From: an uncultured Methanosarcinales archaeon
GTDB taxonomy: Archaea > Nanobdellota > Nanobdellia > Woesearchaeales > GW2011-AR9
NCBI GenBank assembly: GCA_964344235.1
Contig: CAYFMJ010000002.1
Span: 64,001-128,000 of the forward strand
Reading direction: 5' to 3'
DNA: 64,000 nt
Notes under the pieces: generated by a model
Told to the model about the DNA's origin: nothing
Seen by the model: only the letters and a program-made list of their open reading frames with translations
Database searches by the model: none
Program-made: the position numbers and the translations under genes
Shown here: one piece after another, positions 27,976 through 36,586 of the stretch
Layout: each line of letters opens with the position of its first letter
How positions within the stretch are numbered: the first letter of the stretch is position 1

Positions 27976-29085
27976 ATGTATTTCGATCATGCAGCAGCAA
28001 CGCCAGTACGACAGGAAGTGTTAGATACTATGCTGCCATTTTTCTCTGAGAAGTTTGCGAATCCAAGTGCGATTCATGATGCTGGAAGAGAAGTTAAAGA
28101 AGCGATTGATGCTGCTTGTGCTTCTGTTTCTAGGATGTTGGGTTGTGATACTGTTATTTTCACGTCGTCTGGTACGGAGAGTATTAATTTAGCATTACGT
28201 AGTGTGTTGAATGAAGGAGATCACGTCATTACAACGAAGATTGAACATAAAGCAATATTAGAAACGTGTAGGAGTTTGGATGGCGTGAGGGTTACGTATG
28301 TAGATGTTGACAGTGAAGGGTTAGTTGATTTGAATGCTATTGAAAATGCTATTACTGAGAAAACAAAGTTAATTTCTATACATTATGTAAATAACGAGAT
28401 TGGAACGATTCAAGATATTGTGGAAATTGGGAGAATTGCTAAAGAGAAAGGAGTCTTGTTCCATGTCGATGCGTGTCAAGCAGGGTTTTTGGAATTAGAT
28501 ATGAAGAAGTTAGGTGTTGATTTGATGACGGTAAATGGTTCCAAGATTTATGGGCCAAAAGGAGTTGGTGCATTGGCTGTTCGGGGAGATGTTTCTTTGA
28601 AACCGTTATTATATGGCGGTGGGCAGGAAGATGGTTTGCGAGCTGGGACGGAGAATGTTCCTGGAATAATCGGTTTTGCAAAGGCGTTAGCGTTAGCACA
28701 GCAAGAGAAGGATACATATAATGCTCATGTAAAAAAGTTGCGGGATTTGTTTGTTGATTTGGTTCTGGAGAATGTTAAAGATGTAGTGGTGAATGGTTCA
28801 ATTGAGAAACGAGTGGTGAATAATGCAAATCTACAATTTGTTGGGGTTGAAGGAGAAACATTGTTGTTATATTTGAATCAACATGCGATTTACGCGTCTT
28901 CAGGAAGTGCATGTACCGCAAATGAAATTGGTGTAAGCCATGTATTGTTGAGAATCGGTTTAACTGAAGAAGAAGCGAGAAGTTCTTTGCGATTTACGCT
29001 TGGAAGAGGGAATACTGAGAAAGACGTTCATGAAGTTGTTCGAGTTCTGGGGGAAGTAGTTGCAAGTCTGAGAAGTGTGGTGTAA
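27976..29085 (+). CDS. iscS: Cysteine desulfurase (class I, NifS/IscS)
   Basis: YFDHAAATP, FTSSGTESIN, EHKA, FHVDACQA, SKIYGPKGVGAL and ASSGSAC. Confidence 0.95.
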   Translation: MYFDHAAATPVRQEVLDTMLPFFSEKFANPSAIHDAGREVKEAIDAACASVSRMLGCDTVIFTSSGTESINLALRSVLNEGDHVITTKIEHKAILETCRSLDGVRVTYVDVDSEGLVDLNAIENAITEKTKLISIHYVNNEIGTIQDIVEIGRIAKEKGVLFHVDACQAGFLELDMKKLGVDLMTVNGSKIYGPKGVGALAVRGDVSLKPLLYGGGQEDGLRAGTENVPGIIGFAKALALAQQEKDTYNAHVKKLRDLFVDLVLENVKDVVVNGSIEKRVVNNANLQFVGVEGETLLLYLNQHAIYASSGSACTANEIGVSHVLLRIGLTEEEARSSLRFTLGRGNTEKDVHEVVRVLGEVVASLRSVV

Positions 29086-29431
29086 AGTTTTCCTCTAAAT
29101 ATGCATGGTAAGCAGCTTCAAATTTTCGGATGCCATTGAGCACAGTCGAATGATCTCTATGGGCAAGTCTGCCAATATCAGAGAGGGATAAGCGCGTGTT
29201 TTTTCTTAAGACGAACCAGGTGCCGTGGCGTGCTGCAATGATGGGGTTTGATTTTCTTACACCAAGAACATCCCCTATTTGAACGTATGCTGCGCTTGCA
29301 AGGTTCATTGTGATTAAATCAGGATCTTGAACTTCAGTTTCTAAGAGTAAAGTCGTTATATCATAAACTCTTTCTAGATAATCAGGTTGAATTTCTCTTA
29401 TCTGCCATGATGGTGTTGTGTCTTGTTTCAT
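28994..29431 (-). CDS. Stand-alone DnaA C-terminal (domain IV) helix-turn-helix protein
   Basis: RKSNPIIAARHGTWFVLRKNTRLSLSDIGRLAHRDHSTVLNGIRKF matches the DnaA domain IV signature; TTTAAA box about 22 nt upstream. Confidence 0.75.
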   Translation of the reverse strand: MKQDTTPSWQIREIQPDYLERVYDITTLLLETEVQDPDLITMNLASAAYVQIGDVLGVRKSNPIIAARHGTWFVLRKNTRLSLSDIGRLAHRDHSTVLNGIRKFEAAYHAYLEENFTPHFSDLQLLPPELEQLHERLSQYSLFQA

Positions 29432-29472
29432 TAAAGTTCATTTTACTAATTTCTTTAAAAAATTTACAGAAA

Positions 29473-30423
29473 TTAATTGAGTTCTACGAAAGATGACAAA
29501 CCAGCACTATCAGTTAAACCGTCGATACTACCACCTATGAAACGACCTTCTTCTGTACTTGTGTCACATTCTAACGGGTTGGCGTCACGTTCCTCACGTG
29601 AGATCTTGATTTTATCTAGATCTAAACCCCGATCAGTGTATTCCCGTAGAACACCTTCTGACATCAAATCGAATGCAGAATAAATTTCAAAACCGTTGAC
29701 TTGTACGGCTATTTCTGCATGTGTATCTTCATGACCTACTGTTCCTAAGAGTTCACCCTCTTGAACAACACTTCCTTCTCCCAAACCGTCAGCTAATTTT
29801 ATATGGAAGAAGCCAAAATAAATGTTCTTTTGTTCAGATGGGAAGAAACGAAACTGCGCTTCTTCGCCGTACTCATGTGTTGTTGTAAGAATATTCTTTA
29901 TGGTTCCAGTTGTTGGAGCATAGTATTTACGATCCATCCAAGAGGGATTGTGGGGTTTCCCTGGCTCCCCCTGGGCCCAGAAATAATGTTTCATGCTTCT
30001 ACATTCTTCATCTGTTCCGAAAGAGTAGTCATGTCCATAACCTCCACGAAATCGTGAGACTCTTTGGATACCACCAAGTTCAATGAAGTTTGTTGTAATT
30101 ATTTTAGGAAGATCTTCTGCTGATTCGTATTTCTCAGAATTCATCATTTGTTTCATCATTTCAATCATCATTGCGTTGCCAAGTTCTTTATCTTGCTTAA
30201 TCATATCACCTGGTTGCATGTTTTCCATCATCTGTTCCATGTCCGTTTCTTCTGGATTTGGTATTGTTACTTCTTCAGATTCTGTATCAGGTTGTGCTGA
30301 TGTTTCCTCCGTAGGAGTTTCTTCTATTGGTTCTGTTGTAGTCTCTTCTACAATCGGTTCTGGTGTACAGGCAATAAGAAATGTTAATGCTATAAGCAAA
30401 CACAACAAAATCACTCTTTTCAT
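29473..30423 (-). CDS. Lipoprotein with M23 peptidase-like domain (degenerate)
   Basis: Lipobox FLIAC; YAPTTGTI, FFHIKL, GSVVQEGELLGTVG and THAEIAV. Confidence 0.6.
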   Translation of the reverse strand: MKRVILLCLLIALTFLIACTPEPIVEETTTEPIEETPTEETSAQPDTESEEVTIPNPEETDMEQMMENMQPGDMIKQDKELGNAMMIEMMKQMMNSEKYESAEDLPKIITTNFIELGGIQRVSRFRGGYGHDYSFGTDEECRSMKHYFWAQGEPGKPHNPSWMDRKYYAPTTGTIKNILTTTHEYGEEAQFRFFPSEQKNIYFGFFHIKLADGLGEGSVVQEGELLGTVGHEDTHAEIAVQVNGFEIYSAFDLMSEGVLREYTDRGLDLDKIKISREERDANPLECDTSTEEGRFIGGSIDGLTDSAGLSSFVELN

Positions 30424-30476
30424 ACTTAAGGAAAACTAGTAGTGGTATTTAAAATTTTTTACGGTATGGTGTTGGT

Positions 30477-32771
30477 TTATTGCATTTGTCGGCGTTTAAT
30501 TTCTTTCTGTAACCAATCGTTGTATTCAAAGAAAATTTCTTCGTTGTCAAAACTTCCTGTTCGCTCTTTGACTTTGTCAGAGATTAAATGAAACATGTCG
30601 TTTGCTTTAATCACGAACTCTGCTTCTAGTAAAGAAGGGTCTTGTTGTTGTAGTGAAACATCAACAATCGCTTTTTTACACTTCGCACGCAGTTCAATAT
30701 TTCGCCACACGGCATCCCAGTCACCCGCAAATTCTTTGATTTTTCCTGCCATTCTTTTGAGGATGTCAGAATTACCGTTAATTAATTCGTCAGTCACTTC
30801 TAATTGGTCGGTTTTTGGATTGTAGACCATTAAATCAACAAATGCTCCTTCTTGTAGTGGGTCGTTTTCCCACTCTTTTCGCACTTCTGTAACACGTAGA
30901 ACCCGTTTGAATTTTTTTAGGCCAGAAATAACGGGATTAGTGGTAACGATAATGTCAATTGCTTTGAAACTGGTTTTTGGTACGCCGATATCATTCACGA
31001 CACGGTCATATACCCCATACGGAGAATCGGCGTGAATCGTTCCCGCTACGACGTTAGCAGCGGCACCTACACGCATTGCTTCGAAGAGAGCAATTGCTTC
31101 CTTACTTCGAACTTCACCGACAAAGATAGCGGAATCTCCTAAACGCAATGTGGAACGGATACCAATGGAAGGATCAACTTCTGAACCTTCAGAAGAAAGT
31201 GCGGAAGCAACTTTGAGTGATTCAATATTATAGCCTAGTTCTCGGAGGGATTCTTGTGGGAGTTCAAACGTATCCTCTATCGTTACAATTCTCGACCTTC
31301 GGGTGATTTCTACAAGGAAGCTTCCTAACAGGGAGGATTTCCCACTTGATCGTGTTCCGGCAACAAGAATTGTTGCGTTGTTGTTGATTAAGAAACTAAT
31401 TAAACCGGCAGCAATATCGTTGATGTATCGAATTTTAGGTTGTGTGTATAGTGGAAACGTCCAGGGGAAGTCTCGGTGACGCCTGAATGAGAACGCTAAA
31501 CCAGATGGGTTAAGGGGGGCAGAGATGGCAGACACTCTTGAGGTGAACCCTTCAACTTTTAGTTCTGTGTCGAGGATTGGATTTGCTTCATCTAATGGTC
31601 TGCCAGAAATTAGTCTCAGTTTCGTTGCCCAACTTTCTACTTCTAATCGTGTTGGGTAGACGTTGGTGTAACAGTCACCGTAATCTTGGTGGACGATGAA
31701 GATTGGTAGTTCTCCATTGGGAGAGTTAATGTTAACGTCCTGTACTTTTGGATCTGCTAACAGGAGTTCAATCAAACCGAAGCCAACGGTGTAGCGGAGC
31801 AGTGCTTGTGCTAACTGATTAACTTGCTGTTCAGAAAGTTGGAGGTTTTTGTGTTGTAATAAATCGTTGAGAAGATCTCTCCCTATGTTAAGGAAGACTT
31901 CTCGCATTCTTTCGGGGTTCACAAATTCTTCCTGTGTTGGTTTGTGTTCAGACATAATCCTTTTTGCATCGTCAAGTAACTGGTATTCTTCCTCTGTGAA
32001 ACGAAACTCGGGAGGTGTAATGTGATAGAGAGTTTTGATATTATCATTGAAGCCAAAAATATTTACATCACATGTTGAGTTGTTTGCGGTGAATTGGTAT
32101 GATTCAAGAAAGTTTCCTTCAGGAAATTCCCGGATGAGTTTTGTGTACATGAAATCAGGATGCGTTGTCGGATGGAATGTGTATTGGTAAATTTCTCTGT
32201 TTCCTAAGGAATAATCATGGGTGTGTGGCATTAATAGTTGGATGATTTTAAGTTGCTCAATTTTTTGAATTGCATCCACCATGATTTGCACGAAACGTTG
32301 TTGACTGTTTGCGTGATCAGGATTAATAGTATTGTTGAGAATGTTTTTCTCGTGCCGCTCTAATCTTTTTAGTTCAATAAATGCAGCTAATGGGTCTTCT
32401 TTCAGTTTTTTTGAAATTATTCTTTGGAATCGGGCGTAGTTACCACGGATATATTGTTCATGTTGTGGATCGACGAGAAGTTGTGAATAACTGTAACGGT
32501 TATCATGGTTAATTGCTTTGTATAATGATGCCAATTCCACGAGTAAGGCTGTTTGTGCCGTATCGTATTCATAATGCCGTTGTTGTGTTAAGATGATTGT
32601 GGTAACGCCGCTGTTTTCAAGCAGGAGGTCAATGACTTTGCCCATGCAGACTTTACTGTATTCGATTGATGGAGGGAAAGGACATCGCTCTAAGGCAATT
32701 TTGAGAATCTTGTCTTCTCCTTCGTGGTATGTTTGGGAAGCAAAACATGCTTTAGTGTTTTTATCTATCAT
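30477..32771 (-). CDS. Type II/IV secretion system ATPase (VirB11/ArlI/CpaF family)
   Basis: Walker A AGTRSSGKSS, RIVTIEDTFEL, Walker B IFVGEVR, His box TIHADS. Confidence 0.93.
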   Translation of the reverse strand: MIDKNTKACFASQTYHEGEDKILKIALERCPFPPSIEYSKVCMGKVIDLLLENSGVTTIILTQQRHYEYDTAQTALLVELASLYKAINHDNRYSYSQLLVDPQHEQYIRGNYARFQRIISKKLKEDPLAAFIELKRLERHEKNILNNTINPDHANSQQRFVQIMVDAIQKIEQLKIIQLLMPHTHDYSLGNREIYQYTFHPTTHPDFMYTKLIREFPEGNFLESYQFTANNSTCDVNIFGFNDNIKTLYHITPPEFRFTEEEYQLLDDAKRIMSEHKPTQEEFVNPERMREVFLNIGRDLLNDLLQHKNLQLSEQQVNQLAQALLRYTVGFGLIELLLADPKVQDVNINSPNGELPIFIVHQDYGDCYTNVYPTRLEVESWATKLRLISGRPLDEANPILDTELKVEGFTSRVSAISAPLNPSGLAFSFRRHRDFPWTFPLYTQPKIRYINDIAAGLISFLINNNATILVAGTRSSGKSSLLGSFLVEITRRSRIVTIEDTFELPQESLRELGYNIESLKVASALSSEGSEVDPSIGIRSTLRLGDSAIFVGEVRSKEAIALFEAMRVGAAANVVAGTIHADSPYGVYDRVVNDIGVPKTSFKAIDIIVTTNPVISGLKKFKRVLRVTEVRKEWENDPLQEGAFVDLMVYNPKTDQLEVTDELINGNSDILKRMAGKIKEFAGDWDAVWRNIELRAKCKKAIVDVSLQQQDPSLLEAEFVIKANDMFHLISDKVKERTGSFDNEEIFFEYNDWLQKEIKRRQMQ

Positions 32772-32864
32772 CTTTTTGAGGTAATGGGTGGTTTTGGTTT
32801 ATTATTATTTCTCTTTTCATGTAGTTGAAGAAGATTTTTAAAGAATTAGTTACTCTTAAATATT

Positions 32865-33467
32865 ATGCTTAAAGCGATTGTTTTTGATTTTGATGGAGTA
32901 CTTGTTAATACCTATGAGAATCACTATCAAACCTATGCGAGAAAGTATAAAGATCTTAGCAGAGAAGATCACAAGCGTCTCTTTGAAGGTAATATTCATG
33001 AAATGAGAGTTAAGCTTGAAGTTAAGGATGAGAACTTTAATTATGTTGCAGGATTAGGAAAATTTCTTCTTACACAAGAACTAGCACCAGATATCCTCTC
33101 AATACTGAGAAAACTTAAACAAAAATTTTCTCTATTTATTATTACTTCACATCGTGAGTCGGTCTTAAAAGAATTCTTCAACAAGCAGGAACTCAAGGAT
33201 CTTTTTGACCATGTCTATGGGCTTGAAACGCATAGAAGAAAGGAATTTAAGTTTAGACGTTTATTCGATGATTATGACTTAACTAACAAAGAAGTCATTT
33301 TTATTACGGACACACTGGGTGATATTCTCGCAGCAAATAAACTTGGAGTAAAAACTATCGCCGTTGAATTCGGGTTTCATGATAGAAAGAGGCTTGAAAA
33401 AGGTAAACCGTTAAAGATCGTTTCTAGTTTTGAGGAGATAGTGTCGCTTGTACAAAAACTCTCTTAA
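32865..33467 (+). CDS. HAD-superfamily hydrolase (phosphoglycolate phosphatase-like)
   Basis: FDFDGVLVNT, IITS, FITDTLGDILAA. Confidence 0.9.
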   Translation: MLKAIVFDFDGVLVNTYENHYQTYARKYKDLSREDHKRLFEGNIHEMRVKLEVKDENFNYVAGLGKFLLTQELAPDILSILRKLKQKFSLFIITSHRESVLKEFFNKQELKDLFDHVYGLETHRRKEFKFRRLFDDYDLTNKEVIFITDTLGDILAANKLGVKTIAVEFGFHDRKRLEKGKPLKIVSSFEEIVSLVQKLS

Positions 33468-33531
33468 TACGTCTGTACTACTTAGAAATACTCACACAAC
33501 TTTATTATACATTCTTGCCTCTAAGAACGGA

Positions 33532-33942
33532 ATGGTAGATGCTCCTCCAGTACAGCAGGGTTTTGATCAAGCAAAGTTATATACGTGGATGAAAGGGTTA
33601 GAGATTAAAGTTAATTCGCTGGTGCGGGAAGTGGAGTTGATTAAGAGTGATGTGATGCGTAAGATTGATACTGTGAAAAAAGAAATGACTGTGTTTACAG
33701 ATGACTTATTGGAGTTAAAACGGGAGCAAGCAGGGTTTGCACAGAAAATGGATTTAGTGGTTAAAGAGTTAAAACAAACGGCAGGGAAAGAAGAGGTAGC
33801 CGTGATAAAGAAGTATTTGGATTTTTGGAGTCCACTTCATTTTGTAACGCAGCAGGATGTTGCACGGTTAGTTGAGGAACGACTTCATGATCATCATCAT
33901 AATAAAACAAAACATACAAAGGAGATTTCTCCATTTCAATAA
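33532..33942 (+). CDS. Hypothetical coiled-coil protein (start reassigned to ATG 33532)
   Basis: TTTATTATA box about 25 nt upstream; heptad pattern. Confidence 0.7.
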   Translation: MVDAPPVQQGFDQAKLYTWMKGLEIKVNSLVREVELIKSDVMRKIDTVKKEMTVFTDDLLELKREQAGFAQKMDLVVKELKQTAGKEEVAVIKKYLDFWSPLHFVTQQDVARLVEERLHDHHHNKTKHTKEISPFQ

Positions 33943-33954
33943 AGGGTGATACAC

Positions 33955-34503
33955 ATGGCAGATATAACATCAGCAATTATGCAATTACGAGGACAAGGTC
34001 TAACAGATGCAATAATTATAGAAGAGTTATCAAAGCAGGGGTATTCTCCTGATGAGGTACATATGGCTTTGAGTGGTTTAGAGCAGCAGAATAGTGGTTT
34101 TGATGGAGGAATGGCTCAGCAAATGGCACCTGCGTTCCAATCAGCTCCGATGCAAAGTTCGAGTGATCAGAATGGGATGTATAACAGAATCGAAGAAATT
34201 ACGGAAGGCATTGTGGATGAGAAATGGGATGAGTTAATTAAAGAAGTGAAGAAGATTGTGGAATGGAAAGCTCGTTTAGAGGACACACAGCGTCGTTTAC
34301 AAAATGATGTAGAAAAGTTGAAAGAAGATTTTAAGACATTACATTCTGGCGTTCTGGGGAAATTAGAGACGTATGATAAACGTATGGGTGACGTTGGTAC
34401 AGAACTACAAGCAGTAGGAAAGGTGTTTAAGGATGTAATCCCAACGTTTGTTGAGAATGTAAAAGAGTTAGGTCACTTAACCGGGAAAGTTAAGAAGAAA
34501 TAA
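33955..34503 (+). CDS. Hypothetical protein: small helical N-domain plus long coiled coil (start reassigned to ATG 33955)
   Basis: GGTGA SD; IMQLRGQGLTDAIIIEELSKQGYSPDEVHMAL, then a coiled coil. Confidence 0.75.
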   Translation: MADITSAIMQLRGQGLTDAIIIEELSKQGYSPDEVHMALSGLEQQNSGFDGGMAQQMAPAFQSAPMQSSSDQNGMYNRIEEITEGIVDEKWDELIKEVKKIVEWKARLEDTQRRLQNDVEKLKEDFKTLHSGVLGKLETYDKRMGDVGTELQAVGKVFKDVIPTFVENVKELGHLTGKVKKK

Positions 34504-34529
34504 AATGTTTATTCTGTTTTTATTGTTGT

Positions 34530-35099
34530 TTACTTAATGGCTGAGGGGCCAGTCAACAACCCTATGGCAAAGACCATGATAGTGAAGATAATCATCATGC
34601 CAATGACTTTTGGATGACGGAGCGTTGAAACAACGTTTGTTTGGAAATTATCTGTTGCAACGCCGCCAGCACCACTTATGCTTGTTGCGTTGCCTCCGGA
34701 GCCTTCTTCTAAGAACGTTTGCCCTAATGAATTTCCAAGTGCTGCAATGAAGATAATGATGCCAACACCAAAGAGTAACCAGCCGAGGCCTCTATCATTT
34801 CGTAAGTAATTAGCAATATCTTTCTCTCCAACACCAAATATCTGGTATACCAGCAAGAGAAGCATGATAAAGAGGAATGCAACAACAAACCAGGGAATCA
34901 TGAAGTTGATAACTTCCACTGCTTTCTCTGAGATGATTACCAAGAATGCAGCGGCGGCAGCAACAACGGCATCTACACCGAGTGAAGCGCCTAATGCTCC
35001 TGTTTTCCGTAGCAAAGCAAACACAATTGCAAAAATCAGTACTGCTGCAAACACTATGTCAAATGTTTGCAGTAAACTGATGTCGAAGAGTGTTGCCAT
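34530..35099 (-). CDS. Multi-pass membrane protein, paralog 3 of a tandem triplet
   Basis: About 5 TM segments; shares the LIFAIVFALLRKT..LG motif. Confidence 0.8.
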   Translation of the reverse strand: MATLFDISLLQTFDIVFAAVLIFAIVFALLRKTGALGASLGVDAVVAAAAAFLVIISEKAVEVINFMIPWFVVAFLFIMLLLLVYQIFGVGEKDIANYLRNDRGLGWLLFGVGIIIFIAALGNSLGQTFLEEGSGGNATSISGAGGVATDNFQTNVVSTLRHPKVIGMMIIFTIMVFAIGLLTGPSAIK

Positions 35100-35108
35100 G
35101 ATGTAAAC

Positions 35109-35684
35109 CTATTTCTTCTCAACCAAACTCTCTAAGCCTTTCCAGATGTTCTTTACAGTATCAACACCTTTGCCTTTGCTTGGTTCTTTTGTTACAAACC
35201 ACACAACAAGGCCGAAGACAAGTATGATAATGAGCAATTCAGTAGTTTCTGAACTCCACCAACTGAAAATGTCGTACGGACCAGTCCAAATGTTTAATGA
35301 AGCTCCAAAGATGTAGAAGACAAATACAAGTGATACTAGCGCAATAATTGGGGCAGCTGCTTTGGCAAAACTTGTGCCGAAAATTCCCATGAGAAGCATA
35401 AGCATGATTGCAGCGATTGCAACTAACGAGATGCTCGGTAATGCAGAGTTAAGAACCACTACTGGGTCATATCCCAGGGGGTATGCTCCAATAATGTGCG
35501 GTACAACAAACAGTAACCCCAGTACTAATGCAATGATTACATTGAAATTTTTCCTGTCGCCTAAAATTTGTGTTTTTTGGAACACTGCGAAGACAATTGT
35601 GAATACTAACAAGAATGGTAGGAGAAAGTCCATTACTCCGTAGTTCTGAAAGAATATTGCAAGATCCTCAAATCCTGTTGCCAT
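35109..35684 (-). CDS. Multi-pass membrane protein, paralog 2 of a tandem triplet
   Basis: DFLLPFLLVFTIVFAVFQKTQILG; AGGAGG SD. Confidence 0.82.
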   Translation of the reverse strand: MATGFEDLAIFFQNYGVMDFLLPFLLVFTIVFAVFQKTQILGDRKNFNVIIALVLGLLFVVPHIIGAYPLGYDPVVVLNSALPSISLVAIAAIMLMLLMGIFGTSFAKAAAPIIALVSLVFVFYIFGASLNIWTGPYDIFSWWSSETTELLIIILVFGLVVWFVTKEPSKGKGVDTVKNIWKGLESLVEKK

Positions 35685-35752
35685 GATAATAACCTCCTTT
35701 TGTACGTTTCGTTTTGTTGTAATTATTTGTCATTTAAAAATCCATCGTTCTC

Positions 35753-36322
35753 TTAGTCTTTCTTTTCGGTTTTTTGCGCTTTCTTTGCCGGTGGGTCTCG
35801 TACAATATACCACATAAATCCTAGTATGACTACGAGGAACACTACTGTAACGGTCCATTGAGCTGGCCATAACACAAAGATTGCTAATACAAACTGTAAC
35901 CAATCAAGAGCATCAAGGAAAATAACCACAATACCAATGAATAGAACGACCATAAAAAATTTTAACCATGCGGGGAAGCCGCCTGCGAAATCAAATTCTT
36001 GATCCTTGAAAAACACACCGATTAATAATAGGAATGAAACGGAGAGAATCAACAAAAGGACAATGTTAGCCATCACTTGGTTAATGACTGCTACAAGTTG
36101 TGTTGATGCTATTACTAAAAATGCGACAATGAACGCAACGATGGAATTAAGATTCTTTTTGGTGTATTCGTTGCCATCTATTTTTTCAATTCCTAAAATT
36201 TTCGTTTTTTCAAGTATTGCAAAAACAATTGTGAATACTAACAACAATGGTAGCACGATGTCATAGACTCCAATGTCTGTGAACACTTCAACTACGCCGC
36301 GAAAAAGACTTTCTTCTGCCAT
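35753..36322 (-). CDS. Multi-pass membrane protein, paralog 1 of a tandem triplet
   Basis: DIVLPLLLVFTIVFAILEKTKILG; GAGG SD. Confidence 0.82.
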   Translation of the reverse strand: MAEESLFRGVVEVFTDIGVYDIVLPLLLVFTIVFAILEKTKILGIEKIDGNEYTKKNLNSIVAFIVAFLVIASTQLVAVINQVMANIVLLLILSVSFLLLIGVFFKDQEFDFAGGFPAWLKFFMVVLFIGIVVIFLDALDWLQFVLAIFVLWPAQWTVTVVFLVVILGFMWYIVRDPPAKKAQKTEKKD

Positions 36323-36386
36323 CTATTTTTCCTCTTTTTAGTATGTGGAATTAAAGGGAAAGAGTATTTAAATGTTTCTTTTGTTG

Positions 36387-36507
36387 TGGTCGGTCTAGAA
36401 TAACACTTATTTGTATGCTGGGGCACGGCGCCTTAGATTTTTTACGAAGGAAAAAATGCGCCTCCATTGGCGCCAGTATACAAAACCGTTCTATTCTAGA
36501 CAAACCA
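36387..36507 (+). ncRNA. Candidate structured ncRNA, copy 1 of an unnamed motif
   Basis: 10-bp and 12-bp outer stems; core TGG-GGCAC-GGCGC...GCGCC...GGCG-CCA shared with 38012-38131; TATA at 36366-36372 and a T-rich tail. Confidence 0.6.
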
Positions 36508-36586
36508 TTTTGTTGTAGTTTATTGTGAAGCGAAGAGTTTAAATAGTAGTGTCCTTTCATTTTCACTGCATTAGAGGTGGGTTTAC

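Noticed and set aside
25116-36322. Pilin or archaellin genes for the secretion ATPase
   Set aside because: No ORF with a class III signal peptide (basic residues, G/A, then a hydrophobic helix starting at +1) was recognised.
36410-36510. HDV-like ribozyme reading of RNA copy 1 (GCC-TCCATT-GGC resembles P3/L3)
   Set aside because: There is no GG after P1' to form P1.1, and copy 2 does not fit the same topology.
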